Notes: generated by a model not told the origin, from the letters alone. A stretch of 51,166 nucleotides of DNA from an uncultured Gemmatimonadota bacterium (GCA_964584035.1 CAZOYL010000003.1:1-51166), one strand, 5' to 3'. Shown: positions 19,311 through 29,962, counted from the stretch's first letter. A program made the numbers and translations.

Positions 19311-20452
19311 GACGCCCTCCTTTTGGCCCAGGGAGGTTTTTTCCTGGAGCTTCCCCTGGAGATGTTGATCAACACGCCCATACCAATCAGGTTCATCAGC
19401 AGAGAGGAGCCGCCGTAGCTGATAAACGGCAAGGGCAGACCGGTGGTCGGACAGAGGCTGGCCACCACCGCAACATTCACGGCCATGTTGAGAAAGATCG
19501 AGGCCGTGATGCCGACGCCGAGAAGAAATCCGAAGCGATCGCCCGCCTGCCGAGCGGCCCTGAGACCTCTCCAGGCCAGCAGCAAAAACAGGCTGAGAAT
19601 AATCAGAACACCGATAAAACCGAGCTCTTCACCGAGAATCGAGAAGACGAAATCGGTATGCGGCTCCGGCAGAAACAGCATTTTCTGGCGGCTGTTGCCC
19701 AGCCCCACGCCGAAGATGCCTCCACTGCCCAGACTGATCAGCGACTGCCGGAGTTGGTAGCTGGCACCGCCGGGGTCCCAGGTGGGATCGAGGAAGGTCA
19801 ACACCCGCTTCATCCGGTACGGCGCCGACATGACAAAAGCCGTGGCTCCCAACAGACCCGTCGTTCCCAGGGCCAGCAAATGGATCCAGCGGACTCCGGC
19901 GGCGAGAAACATGGTTATGGCCAGCAGTCCGATGACGATGGCCGTTCCCAGGTCCGGCTCCAGAACGATGAGCAGCAGGCTCAGACCGATGACGAACACG
20001 CTGGGCAGTAATCCCATCTTAAAATCGTCGATCAGCTTTTCCTTGCGGGTCAGTTGCCGGGCCAGATAGAAAACCATCACCAGCTTGATTAACTCCGAAG
20101 GTTGAAACCGCATTACGGGTAGAGAGATATGCCTGGAAACCTCAGAGGTCGGTTCCTGCCCGTGCAATCCGATTCGCGGCAACAGGACCAGGCCCAGGAG
20201 CACCAGGGAGAAGAACATGCCCAATCCGGCCAGACTCTCCCAGCGGTGGTAATCGATTCGCATCATCACCATAAGAGCCAACAGCCCCAGCAATGCCCGG
20301 AGCAGGTGCCGTTTGAGAAAAAAGCTGCTGGCATGGTAGCGCTCCTGCGCCACAGTGACGCTCGAGCTATAGACCATCACGACGCCCACGGCCACCAGCA
20401 GAAGCGTCAGCACCAGCAGCAGACGGTCGGGTCTGGCAACCGGCCCATTCAC
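19298..20452 (-). CDS. ftsW: SEDS-family cell division protein FtsW
   Basis: Polytopic membrane protein with FQPSELIKL and SYGGSSLL motifs. Located between murD and murG. Confidence 0.88.
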   Translation of the reverse strand: MNGPVARPDRLLLVLTLLLVAVGVVMVYSSSVTVAQERYHASSFFLKRHLLRALLGLLALMVMMRIDYHRWESLAGLGMFFSLVLLGLVLLPRIGLHGQEPTSEVSRHISLPVMRFQPSELIKLVMVFYLARQLTRKEKLIDDFKMGLLPSVFVIGLSLLLIVLEPDLGTAIVIGLLAITMFLAAGVRWIHLLALGTTGLLGATAFVMSAPYRMKRVLTFLDPTWDPGGASYQLRQSLISLGSGGIFGVGLGNSRQKMLFLPEPHTDFVFSILGEELGFIGVLIILSLFLLLAWRGLRAARQAGDRFGFLLGVGITASIFLNMAVNVAVVASLCPTTGLPLPFISYGGSSLLMNLIGMGVLINISRGSSRKKPPWAKRRASCAS

Positions 20453-21843
20453 GAAGCCCCCCGATCATGAGAAGAAATGGCTTTCTTGGCGGATGTGAGA
20501 CGATTGACGATCTCTTTAAAGGTGTTTCCGCGATCCTCAAAATCCCGGAACATGTCGAAACTGGCGCAGGCCGGCGACAGCAGAACGGTATCCCCCGGGC
20601 GTGCTTTTTCCTGTGCCAGCGAAACGGCTCCCGGGAGATCCTCGACCAGCATCGTTTCGGTCAATCCTCCCCAGGCGCTGCGGATTTTCTCCCGGGCTTC
20701 ACCAAGGAGAAGAAGCCAGCGCACCCGTTCCCGGATCAGCTTGTTAAGCCCGCTGAAATCAGTGTCCTTGTCCCGCCCCCCGGCGATGAGCACAATCTTC
20801 CCTGGAAAGGATAACAGGGCCTGCTCCACGGCCTCTACGTTGGTCGCCTTGGAATCGTTCACCCAACTGATCCCGTCCAGAACTCGAACCAGCTCCAAAC
20901 GGTGTTCCAGCCCTTTGAATGATTTCAGTTCCTGAGCGCAAACCGGCAGATCGACCTTCATGGCCTGCGCGGCGGCCACGGCGGCCAGAGCGTTCGATAA
21001 ATTATGGGGCCCGGGCAGGGCGACCTGATCGGCCGGCATCACCGTCTGGCCGACACCGACGAAATTTGAGACGATGTCTCCGGCACTTATGAAAAGACCG
21101 TCCTCGACCGGTCCGCGAATGCTGTATGGAATAACGCTCCCCCCGATCCGATTCTCCAGCGCGGCCGTCCTGGGATCGTCATGGTTGAGAACGGCCGTGT
21201 CGGTCTCCGTCTGGTTCATCAACAGTCGCGCCTTGGAACGGGCATAGGCTTCCATCGTCCCGTGGCGGTCGAGATGATCGGGGGTGATATTCAGAATCAC
21301 CCCGACACGAGGATGGAAGGTTTCGACGAATTCCAGCTGAAAACTGCTCACCTCAACCACCAGAACTCCCTCCGGCGGAACACTTTGGACGCCGGCGGAG
21401 AGGGGAAAACCAATATTGCCGGCCACCCGGCAGGGTCTGCCGGCCCGATGGAAGATACGGCCCAGAAGCGTGGTGGTCGTGGTCTTGCCGTTCGATCCGG
21501 TGACGGCCACCATGGGAGCCTGTGCCCACCAGGAGGCCACTTCCAGTTCGCTATAAACGGGGACCCCGGATCTCTGGGCCTGTTCCAGAATGGGCACATC
21601 GCCGGGTATCCCGGGACTGATCACCACGAAATCGACCTCTCCCAATGCGCCGGAATCATGCCCGCCGGTCTCCACCTCCACACCGAGCCGGCGCAGCTCC
21701 TGGACCCCTGGGCCCAGATCCTTTTCGGACTTCCGATCGCTGCCCCGAACGTCGGCTCCCTCCCGCCTCAGCAGCCGGGCCACCGCCAGGCCGCTGCGGG
21801 CCAGACCAAGAACCAGAGCTTTTTGACCGCTGACCGAACGCAT
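20449..21843 (-). CDS. murD: UDP-N-acetylmuramoylalanine--D-glutamate ligase
   Basis: LVLGLARSGLAVARLL N-terminus and GSNGKTTTTTL P-loop, plus dcw context. Confidence 0.92.
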   Translation of the reverse strand: MRSVSGQKALVLGLARSGLAVARLLRREGADVRGSDRKSEKDLGPGVQELRRLGVEVETGGHDSGALGEVDFVVISPGIPGDVPILEQAQRSGVPVYSELEVASWWAQAPMVAVTGSNGKTTTTTLLGRIFHRAGRPCRVAGNIGFPLSAGVQSVPPEGVLVVEVSSFQLEFVETFHPRVGVILNITPDHLDRHGTMEAYARSKARLLMNQTETDTAVLNHDDPRTAALENRIGGSVIPYSIRGPVEDGLFISAGDIVSNFVGVGQTVMPADQVALPGPHNLSNALAAVAAAQAMKVDLPVCAQELKSFKGLEHRLELVRVLDGISWVNDSKATNVEAVEQALLSFPGKIVLIAGGRDKDTDFSGLNKLIRERVRWLLLLGEAREKIRSAWGGLTETMLVEDLPGAVSLAQEKARPGDTVLLSPACASFDMFRDFEDRGNTFKEIVNRLTSAKKAISSHDRGAS

Positions 21844-21851
21844 GACGGGTC

Positions 21852-22940
21852 CTATCGAATCTTAAACGTGCTCAGGCTCAACAAAGCCAGCATGGCCGAG
21901 ACGATCCAAAACCGCACCACTACCATGGACTCCGGCCATCCTTTTAATTCAAAATGATGGTGCAGGGGCGCCATCAGGAAAACCCTCTTCCCCTTCCGAA
22001 GCTTGTAGGAAGTGATCTGAATGATCACCGAGAGGGCTTCGGCTGCGAAGACACCGCCGACGATACACAGCTGAATCTCCTTCTTTAAAAGAATGGCGGC
22101 GGCGGCCAGAGCCCCTCCCATGGCCAGAGATCCGGTGTCTCCCATGAACACTTTGGCGGGATGGGCATTGAACCACAGAAATCCCAGCGCCGCCCCGACC
22201 ACGGCGGCCAGGAATACCGTCAGCTCGCCGCTCCCGGGGAGATACATGATATTCAGGTAACCGCTGAAATCCGATCTCCCCGATACGTAGCTCATGCCGG
22301 CGAAGGCAAAGGCGCACGTGGCCACGATGCCGATCGCCAGGCCATCGAGCCCATCGGTGAGGTTGATGGCATTGCTGGCTCCGGTGGTGACCAGGACCAC
22401 GAAGGGAATGTAGAATATTCCGAAGTCGATCACCCAATTTTTGAAGAAAGGGATACCGGTCTGGGCATGAAATTGGCTCGATAACGGCCAGAAATAAAGG
22501 ATCGCTCCCAATATCAGGCCGAAGGTCACCTGGCCGGCCAGTTTCCATCTGGCCACAAGACCCTTGGGCAGGTGACGAACCGCTTTGAGATAATCATCGA
22601 TGAATCCGATAGTCCCCATCCAGATGGTCGAACAGAGGATCAACAGAATGTAACGGTTGCTCAGATCGGCCCACAGCAGGGTGGGCAGCACCACGGCCAG
22701 CAGAAGAATGATGCCTCCCATGGTGGGAGTACCTTCCTTGGCCAGATGACTTTGAGGTCCGTCCCGACGGATCTTTTCCCGTATCTGCCGCCGGCGCAGA
22801 TAAGCGATGATGCGAGGCCCAATGAGAAAACTGATCAGCAGGGCGGTCAGGGTCGCGGAGGCAGCCCGGAAGGTGATGTATCGAAACAGATTGAAACCCG
22901 AGATGGATTCACGAAGAGGCTCCAGCAGGTGATACAGCAT
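21852..22940 (-). CDS. mraY: Phospho-N-acetylmuramoyl-pentapeptide transferase
   Basis: KxGTPTMGG, NLTDGLDGLA and PLHHHFE motifs. Confidence 0.95.
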   Translation of the reverse strand: MLYHLLEPLRESISGFNLFRYITFRAASATLTALLISFLIGPRIIAYLRRRQIREKIRRDGPQSHLAKEGTPTMGGIILLLAVVLPTLLWADLSNRYILLILCSTIWMGTIGFIDDYLKAVRHLPKGLVARWKLAGQVTFGLILGAILYFWPLSSQFHAQTGIPFFKNWVIDFGIFYIPFVVLVTTGASNAINLTDGLDGLAIGIVATCAFAFAGMSYVSGRSDFSGYLNIMYLPGSGELTVFLAAVVGAALGFLWFNAHPAKVFMGDTGSLAMGGALAAAAILLKKEIQLCIVGGVFAAEALSVIIQITSYKLRKGKRVFLMAPLHHHFELKGWPESMVVVRFWIVSAMLALLSLSTFKIR

Positions 22941-22955
22941 GGCTCGCGATCCTTT

Positions 22956-24422
22956 TCAACCGGTGGTCAGAAGGGGCAGAATCTCCTCCATGTGGACGGC
23001 TCGCGATGCCTTCAGGAGAACAACATCGCCGTCACGAAGCATCTCTTTCAGAACCAGGGCGGCATCCCCGGCCGTGGCACAGTGCCTGCTGTGCCGGGCA
23101 GAATATCTTCTCGACAGGGCTTCCCGGCGGATCTCGGCGGCTAATTCGCCGACGGTGATAAGCTCATCCGGGGCAAGAGCGGCCACCAGACGGCCGATTT
23201 CCCGGTGGGCGGCGATCTCCTCGCTGCCCAGCTCACACATGTCCCCCAGAACGGCGATCCGGCGGCCGGCGGCCGGCGCACCGGCCAGCACCTCCAGGGC
23301 CGCCCGCATGGAAGGCGGATTGGCATTATAGGCATCGTTGAAGACCGTGATGGATCCGATCTCCAACCGCTCCATGCGCATCGGGCTGGGGAGAAAGTTC
23401 GCCAGGGCGGCGCGGAGATCATCCGCTCCGACACCCAATTCCCTGCCCGCAGCGATGGCCGCCAGTGCATTGAACACGTTATGGCGTCCCCAGGTGGGAA
23501 TCTGAAAAACTCCCAGCCCCGGGACAGTGAATGCGGTGCCCTCTGTGCCCAGAAGACGCACATCCTCAGCCCGGCAGGCGGCTTCCGGGCTCATTCCGAA
23601 GGTCACCGTCCTGTTCGGCGGAATGATGGTCTGGGACCGCAACCGCTCATCGTCGGCATTGAGAAAGGCCAGGCCGTCGTCCGGCAGCATCTCGAGCAGT
23701 TCGAACTTGGCTTTGGCGATCGACTCCAGGTCGTTCATCTGTAACAGATGGGCGGGTCCGATATTGGTGATGAGTCCGTGCTGCGGCCGGCTGATGAAGG
23801 CTAATCGACGGATCTCTCCGGGCCCGCTCATGCCCATTTCCACGACCGCCAGGCGATGCTTCGGCCTCAACCGCAGCAGCGTCAGGGGCACTCCGATCTG
23901 ATTGTTGAAATTTCCTTCCGTCTTCAGTGTGGCGTCCCGTCTGGAGAGAATGGCCGCCAGCATATCCTTGGTGGTGGTCTTCCCATTGGTACCGGTCACG
24001 CCAATGAGCACAGGGGCCAATCGGCGGCGATGTTCGGCGGCCACATCCTGAAGGGCCGATAGAGGATCGGCCACCACGATGAAGGCAGTATCTTTGCTTA
24101 TTTGATCGCGACGCTCGTTTTTTTGACCCTCATGAACCCATCGCTCTGAAACGACGGCAGCCGAAGCGCCTCCAGCCAGAGCCCGATCGACGAAATCGTG
24201 GCCGTCAAAATTCTGCCCCTGCAAAGCGAAATAGACCTCACCCGGCTGCAGCGTCCGCGAGTCGATGGAGATGCCACGGATCGGTTGCCGGCTCGATTCC
24301 ACGATGGCGCTCGCCAGCAGCAGTCGTCCGCCGGTGGCCTTGAGAATGCCCTCGAGAGATAGGAACTTGGAATTCACAGGAACCTCTTGTTGAGCGATCT
24401 TTTCCACAAGACAGATGTTCAA
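22956..24422 (-). CDS. murF: UDP-N-acetylmuramoyl-tripeptide--D-alanyl-D-alanine ligase
   Basis: GVTGTNGKTTTKDM P-loop and Mur-ligase C-terminal domain. Overlaps the murE stop by 4 nt. Confidence 0.9.
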   Translation of the reverse strand: MNICLVEKIAQQEVPVNSKFLSLEGILKATGGRLLLASAIVESSRQPIRGISIDSRTLQPGEVYFALQGQNFDGHDFVDRALAGGASAAVVSERWVHEGQKNERRDQISKDTAFIVVADPLSALQDVAAEHRRRLAPVLIGVTGTNGKTTTKDMLAAILSRRDATLKTEGNFNNQIGVPLTLLRLRPKHRLAVVEMGMSGPGEIRRLAFISRPQHGLITNIGPAHLLQMNDLESIAKAKFELLEMLPDDGLAFLNADDERLRSQTIIPPNRTVTFGMSPEAACRAEDVRLLGTEGTAFTVPGLGVFQIPTWGRHNVFNALAAIAAGRELGVGADDLRAALANFLPSPMRMERLEIGSITVFNDAYNANPPSMRAALEVLAGAPAAGRRIAVLGDMCELGSEEIAAHREIGRLVAALAPDELITVGELAAEIRREALSRRYSARHSRHCATAGDAALVLKEMLRDGDVVLLKASRAVHMEEILPLLTTG

Positions 24423-25876
24423 TGTTCGACCCGCTCCAGCTCTTCCAGTACGACCGCCCGATCCTGGAACGGTCTCCGTTCTGAATCCACGATCTGATAG
24501 CGCTCGTGTCCCCGACCTGCCACCACCAGAACCTCGCCTGGCCTGATCAGCTCGAGTCCGCGGCGGATGGCATCGCGGCGATCGGGCAGCACCTCGTAGG
24601 TGGTCCCCGGCAGGATACCCCGCTGTACCTCTCGGAGAATGGCCAGTGGATCTTCCGACCTGGGATTATCGGTGGTCAATAACACCACATCGGCCAGCTG
24701 CGAGGCGACATCGGCCATCTCCGGCCGTTTTCCCCGATCCCGGTCACCGCCGCAGCCGAAGACCAACAACACTCGTTGAGGCGACATCTCCTGGACGGCC
24801 GACAGCAGTCGCTGGAGAGCTTGAGGCGTATGGGCGTAATCGACGATGACGGTGAAACCCTGCCGGGCCGGAATGGTCTCGAAACGCCCATCGACCCCGC
24901 CGACCGCTTCCAGGCCCCGGCGAATGGCCGCCGGCTCCAGCTCGAGAGCGATTCCCGCCCCGACAGCCGCCAGGACATTGAAGACGTTGTAGCGCCCCGG
25001 CAGGTGTACATGCATCCGTAACAGGCCGGAAGGCGTTTGGACCTCAATATCGGTGCCCTTCATGGTCAGCCGGGCGCTTTTCAGGGACACATCGGCTTCC
25101 CCCTGCGCCGAAAAGGTGATCACGGGAACGGCCGTTCGGCCCCTAAAAAAGGAGGCGGAGGGATCGTCCAGGTTGATGACGGCTCTCGCCCTGGGGCCAT
25201 GCAGCCGCTCAAAGAGCAGCGCTTTCGCATCGCGGTAATGCTCGAAATCCCCATGGAAGTCCAGATGATCCCGGGACAGGTTGGTGAATATGGCCAGCTC
25301 GAAAGGAATATCGAACACGCGGTCCATCGCCAGGGCATGAGAGGAGACCTCCATGACGGCGAAGGTATCGCCCTGGGAGACCATGCCGGCCAGGGCCTGG
25401 TGCAGTTCCAATGATTCAGGAGTAGTGTACGATGAGGGCCGGTCGTTCCGGCCGATGCGGGTCACCACCGTCCCGATGAGACCCGTCCCGTAACCGGCCT
25501 CATGGAGGAGGGCATGGACCAGATAGGCCGTGGTCGTCTTGCCATCGGTCCCGGTAATGCCCACCAGCCTCAGTTTTCGGGCCGGATGATCGAACCAGCG
25601 GGCCGAAAGCAGCGCCAGGGCTTTCCGGGAATCGTTTACCTGGATGGTGGTGACCGACCCGTGTATCTCCTCCCGGTCCACGACCACGGCTGCCGCTCCC
25701 CCGGCAATGGCCTCGGGGATATACTGATGACCATCGCTCTGCAGCCCCCGAATGGCAACGAACAGGTCCCCGGAGTTGAGCCTTCGAGAGTCGTAGGCAA
25801 TAGCGGTGATCTCTCCATCCACGGGGCCGTATATTTTTTTCTCCGGCAGCGAGCTCAGCAGATCGGTCAAATTCAT
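24419..25876 (-). CDS. murE: UDP-N-acetylmuramoyl-L-alanyl-D-glutamate--2,6-diaminopimelate ligase
   Basis: GITGTDGKTTTAYL P-loop and a DNPRSEDP motif of the DNPR type associated with meso-DAP-adding MurE enzymes. Confidence 0.88.
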   Translation of the reverse strand: MNLTDLLSSLPEKKIYGPVDGEITAIAYDSRRLNSGDLFVAIRGLQSDGHQYIPEAIAGGAAAVVVDREEIHGSVTTIQVNDSRKALALLSARWFDHPARKLRLVGITGTDGKTTTAYLVHALLHEAGYGTGLIGTVVTRIGRNDRPSSYTTPESLELHQALAGMVSQGDTFAVMEVSSHALAMDRVFDIPFELAIFTNLSRDHLDFHGDFEHYRDAKALLFERLHGPRARAVINLDDPSASFFRGRTAVPVITFSAQGEADVSLKSARLTMKGTDIEVQTPSGLLRMHVHLPGRYNVFNVLAAVGAGIALELEPAAIRRGLEAVGGVDGRFETIPARQGFTVIVDYAHTPQALQRLLSAVQEMSPQRVLLVFGCGGDRDRGKRPEMADVASQLADVVLLTTDNPRSEDPLAILREVQRGILPGTTYEVLPDRRDAIRRGLELIRPGEVLVVAGRGHERYQIVDSERRPFQDRAVVLEELERVEH

Positions 25877-25880
25877 CGCT

Positions 25881-28022
25881 TCACTGGTCCCTTGAGTTTC
25901 TTGCGGCCACGATCACGGCCGCATCATGTCCGCCGGCAGGCTGGCAGGTCAGCTGGCAGACAGCATCCTGCTCCAGCCGGGCACCGGGCCGCGGCGTCTG
26001 TTCGACAACCAATCCGCTGCCGGTCACGGTCACCGGCAAACCCCGCCGCTGCAGCTCCCTGATAGCCTCCCTCATGGTCAGTCCCAACAACGGGGGTATC
26101 TGCGCATCCGTATCGCCGGCGACCGGGGCCGGACACAGTGTCACCAGAACGGTTTTACCGCATTCCATCAGTGTGCCGGCCGGGGGCAGTTGGTGGCAAA
26201 TACGTTGACCATTCCCCTCGGTCTGAGCCCGAAGCCCTCTGTTGGTCAGTAATCCGATGGCTCGATCGGCGTCCAGACCGTCCAGGTTCGGCACCACCAC
26301 CATCGGTATGGATTCATCCTGTCTGGTGGTCTCCTGGCACAGATCCATGCAGGGGCCTTTGGGCATATGGAGTATGTGTTCCATGATCCTGCGGAAAACC
26401 GGGGCGGCGGCCTTCCCGCCGGAATGAGGACTCTTGGGCTCATCCAGCATCACCAGACCTACCAGTTTGGGATGCTCCGCCGGAAATAAACCGCAGAAGG
26501 AGGCCACGAACCGGGAGGTCGAAAATCCGCGGCCATCTTCCTTTAACTTATAGGCCGTACCTGTCTTTCCGGCCACCTGAAAGCCTTCGATCTGGGCCAT
26601 CTGCCCTGTGCCGCTTTCCACCACTCGGGTCAGAAAAGACCGCAGAATGGCGGCCGTCTCCTCCGAGATGAGGCGTCGAATCGGCGTGCGGTCATACTGC
26701 TTGACCACGTTGCCCCGCCGGTCGAGGACGAAACGGACCATCTGCGGTTTCATCAGCATGCCGCCGTTGGCCACCGCCGCATAGGCGCTGATCAACTGCA
26801 GGGGTGTAACGGCCACTTCATGACCGATGGACATGGAGGCCAGGGACATCTTCGACCAGGTTCGCGGGGAAGCCAGCAGACCATTGACCTCCCCGGGCAG
26901 ATCCACGCCGGTGAGATTGCCAAGTCCGAAGGCCCGGGCATATTGATAAAAGGTCTTTTCTCCCAGCTCTTGAGCCAATTTAATGGTGCCGATATTACTG
27001 GATTTCTCGATGACCTGCTGAAAGGTCAGCCAGCCGTTTTCCTCGACATCATGGATCATCTTGTGGCACACCTTCATCTGCCCGCCCTCACAATAGACCA
27101 GGTCTTCCGGTTGTTTCAAGTGCTCCTCAAGGACGGCTGCGGCGGTGACGATCTTAAGGGTCGAGCCGGGTTCAAACATGTCGGTGATCGCCCGGTTCCG
27201 ACGCCAATGAACCGGAACACCTCCGGGATCATTGAGATCGTACCGGGGCTCATTGGCCATAGCCAGTATCTCTCCGGTGCCGGGGTCCATCAGGATCACG
27301 CAACCGGCTCGAGCGCCGGTATCGGATAGCCCTCTGGCCAGCTCCTGTTCGGCAATAGCCTGATATCCGGCATGCAGGGAGAGGACCAGTCCGAGACCGT
27401 CGGACGGCTCCTGGCGGGGATATTCCAGCAAAGGAATGCTGCGTCCGCAGGCGTCCACCTGTACGACCATCCAACCATCCAGGCCGGAGAGAACATCGTC
27501 ATAGTGAAGCTCAACACCCTCCAAACCTGTGTTGTCAATATTGGTAAAACCCAGAACCTGGCAAGCCAGGGCGCGTCCCGGATAATATCTCTGGATCTCA
27601 TCCTGATCGTAGACGCCCGATAGGTTCCACGAATCCACCAGCTGGCACTCCACCGGACTCAGCTTGCGGGCCAACCAGACAAAAGAAGGATGTTTGGAGA
27701 GACTTTTCCGGATGTGGCCGCTGGAACAATTGAGCAATTGGCCAAACAGAGTGGATAGGCGCTGAATATCCTTCACCTCAGAGGGGACGACATAGTAGGA
27801 CTTGACCGGGAGATTAAAGACCAGCTTGACACCGTCCCGATCATAGATATCGCCCCGCTGAGCGAACAGAGGACGCGTCCGCTGATGTTGATTCAGCCCG
27901 CACTGGCGGTATTCCTGATTATGAAGGACCTGAATGGAAAACAGCTTGGTGACCAGAAAAATCCACAAACCAAGCCCGAACACGATGATGAGAACGATTC
28001 GCCGGCTTCCTCTGGAGCCCAC
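25881..28022 (-). CDS. ftsI: Class B penicillin-binding protein FtsI with two C-terminal PASTA domains
   Basis: N-terminal TM helix, PBP dimerisation region, transpeptidase motifs STLK, SSN and KTGT. Two PASTA-like repeats follow (VPNLDGLDADRAIGLL…GTLMECGKTVLVTL and IPPLLGLTMREAIREL…PRPGARLEQDAVCQLT). GTG start behind AGAGGTGA. Confidence 0.88.
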   Translation of the reverse strand: MGSRGSRRIVLIIVFGLGLWIFLVTKLFSIQVLHNQEYRQCGLNQHQRTRPLFAQRGDIYDRDGVKLVFNLPVKSYYVVPSEVKDIQRLSTLFGQLLNCSSGHIRKSLSKHPSFVWLARKLSPVECQLVDSWNLSGVYDQDEIQRYYPGRALACQVLGFTNIDNTGLEGVELHYDDVLSGLDGWMVVQVDACGRSIPLLEYPRQEPSDGLGLVLSLHAGYQAIAEQELARGLSDTGARAGCVILMDPGTGEILAMANEPRYDLNDPGGVPVHWRRNRAITDMFEPGSTLKIVTAAAVLEEHLKQPEDLVYCEGGQMKVCHKMIHDVEENGWLTFQQVIEKSSNIGTIKLAQELGEKTFYQYARAFGLGNLTGVDLPGEVNGLLASPRTWSKMSLASMSIGHEVAVTPLQLISAYAAVANGGMLMKPQMVRFVLDRRGNVVKQYDRTPIRRLISEETAAILRSFLTRVVESGTGQMAQIEGFQVAGKTGTAYKLKEDGRGFSTSRFVASFCGLFPAEHPKLVGLVMLDEPKSPHSGGKAAAPVFRRIMEHILHMPKGPCMDLCQETTRQDESIPMVVVPNLDGLDADRAIGLLTNRGLRAQTEGNGQRICHQLPPAGTLMECGKTVLVTLCPAPVAGDTDAQIPPLLGLTMREAIRELQRRGLPVTVTGSGLVVEQTPRPGARLEQDAVCQLTCQPAGGHDAAVIVAARNSRDQ

Positions 28023-28069
28023 TGATCATCACCTCTTTCGTCGGCCGTCGACCCTCCCTGCGGGGGCCT

Positions 28070-28408
28070 TCAGTGATGGCGTCTCTGGACGATTCTTACG
28101 ATGTTTTCGGGACGGGGATACACAAATCCAAAACTCTTCGCAGCCGTCTCCAACTGCTGGATCCCGGAAAGATCTCTCAGATCCACCCGAAGATACTCGT
28201 TGCCGGTTCGCAGCTTCTCGACCTCATTTTCCATTGAGGCGATCCTCACCTGCTGCCGTACCACCGAGACCCGGATCCACACGTGACTCAGCGTGCCGGC
28301 AATGGAGAGAAGAAAGAGTAAAAAAAGCAACGCGGGGGAAAACCGTCGAGTGCGTCGTCGGCTCCGGGTGGCGCCTCGCAGATATCGATGTCTCTTCGTT
28401 GCCGTCAT
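28070..28408 (-). CDS. ftsL: Cell division protein FtsL-like (small bitopic coiled-coil protein)
   Basis: 112 aa with a basic N-terminus, a single TM helix (ALLFLLFLLSIAGTL) and a coiled-coil segment. ATGA overlap with the rsmH stop. Canonical position between rsmH and ftsI. Confidence 0.75.
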   Translation of the reverse strand: MTATKRHRYLRGATRSRRRTRRFSPALLFLLFLLSIAGTLSHVWIRVSVVRQQVRIASMENEVEKLRTGNEYLRVDLRDLSGIQQLETAAKSFGFVYPRPENIVRIVQRRHH

Positions 28409-29406
28409 CAGCGATCAACTCCGGGAGTTCTCCGGGGAAGTTTTCGGGCGGCCCGCAGACGGGCGCTTCGTGCTCTCGGATTCTGAGCTACCTCCCGGGC
28501 AGAGGGTCTGACAGCTTTTCTTGTCAGGATCTGGATGACCGGCCGTGCCCCGCAGACACATTGCGGAAGATCTTTGGGACACCGGCAGACGCCGGAGAAA
28601 CGACCGAAGACCTCTTTGACGATTCGGTCTTCCAGGGACTGATAACAGAGCACCACCAGCCGCCCCTCGGTTTTTAGAAGTTCGACGGCCGCTTCCAGGC
28701 CTTGTCGCAGTTCCTCCAACTCCTCATTGATCTCGATCCGAAGGGCCTGAAAAACTCGGGCCAGCGATTTAACGGCCAGGTGCCGGGGAATGGCCGATCG
28801 GATGATATCGGCCAGTCGAGCGGTGCTTTCGATCGGGCCTTTTGCCCGCTCCCTGACGATGACACCGGCGATCCGCCGCCACCGTCGCTCCTGACCGTAT
28901 TCACGAATGAGTCCGCCCAACTTTTCCTGATCATACTCATTGACGATGTCACCGGCCGTTCTACCGTTCGAAGTGTCCATGCGCATGTCCAGGGGGCCAT
29001 CATGCAGATAACTGAATCCGCGGCGGGCATCATCGATCTGAAAGGAGGCCATGCCCAGGTCGAAGAGAACGCCCGAGACCTGACTGATATCTTTGGAAAA
29101 CAATATTTCCTTTAACTGGGAGAAGGGAGAATGAACCACGCTCACCCGGGGATCCCGGCTTATCGGGAGCCGGCGAAAATGGTCGACGGCCCGTTTATCG
29201 CGGTCGACACCGATCAATTGGCCCCGCCCGCCGAGGGTCTGAAGCAGCCGGCCGGCGTGCCCGCCTGCCCCGAAGGTAGCATCGACATAGATGCCTGAGA
29301 GGTCGGTCAGCAGATACTTCACCGTTTCCTCGGCCATGACGGGGCAATGAATGAGATCCGATTGTTTCTGTTGAAAGGAAGGGGTCTCGCAATGGGCGGC
29401 CATCAT
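28408..29406 (-). CDS. rsmH: 16S rRNA (cytosine1402-N4)-methyltransferase
   Basis: HCPVMAEETVKYL, DATFGAGGHA, and GMASFQIDDARRGFSY motifs. Confidence 0.93.
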   Translation of the reverse strand: MMAAHCETPSFQQKQSDLIHCPVMAEETVKYLLTDLSGIYVDATFGAGGHAGRLLQTLGGRGQLIGVDRDKRAVDHFRRLPISRDPRVSVVHSPFSQLKEILFSKDISQVSGVLFDLGMASFQIDDARRGFSYLHDGPLDMRMDTSNGRTAGDIVNEYDQEKLGGLIREYGQERRWRRIAGVIVRERAKGPIESTARLADIIRSAIPRHLAVKSLARVFQALRIEINEELEELRQGLEAAVELLKTEGRLVVLCYQSLEDRIVKEVFGRFSGVCRCPKDLPQCVCGARPVIQILTRKAVRPSAREVAQNPRARSARLRAARKLPRRTPGVDR

Positions 29407-29476
29407 CCTGCGCTGCTCCGGAAGTGGGAATCCGGTTCATCGTTGTGCTCAAAAGGCGGGAAAGGGCTGAGTGGAA

Positions 29477-29935
29477 CTATTCTTTCTGATCGATCCTGGG
29501 GCGAAAGATCTGTTCCGCCACCTCCTCGTAACTGGGTCCCTTTTCCATGAATTCCTGGTACGCCTGTGGTCTCCAGATCTCGATATGGTCGAAGGCACCG
29601 ATGATGATCACATTCTTCTCTATATCCAGAGTACTTAACAGATTTCTAGGCAGAGCAATACGTCCCTGTGCATCCACCTTGGAGTCGGAGGCGTTGGCAC
29701 CGACGATGCGGATATAGCGCCGCTCTTCGGGAAGATCGTTGGACAGCTGGCGAAGCTTCTTTTCGATGAGCGACCATTGCTCGGGAGGATAGATATAGAT
29801 ACAGCGGTCAAGCCCGAGGGTGATGACGTATCGCTCGTCCGATTCCGCTCCGGCGGCCTTGCGGAACCTGGCCGGAACGTTGATCCTGCCCTTCTCGTCG
29901 ATCACGTACTCGAAGCGCCCGTAAAAGAAAGCCAT
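29477..29935 (-). CDS. mraZ: Transcriptional regulator MraZ
   Basis: FYGRFEYVIDEKGRINVPARFRK together with a second SpoVT/AbrB-like half (DAQGRIALPRNLL). Start at ATG 29935 (RBS GAGGGTG). The track extension to 29968 would overlap the operator boxes. Confidence 0.9.
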   Translation of the reverse strand: MAFFYGRFEYVIDEKGRINVPARFRKAAGAESDERYVITLGLDRCIYIYPPEQWSLIEKKLRQLSNDLPEERRYIRIVGANASDSKVDAQGRIALPRNLLSTLDIEKNVIIIGAFDHIEIWRPQAYQEFMEKGPSYEEVAEQIFRPRIDQKE

Positions 29936-29962
29936 GGGAACACCCTCAACAGTGAATCTTTT

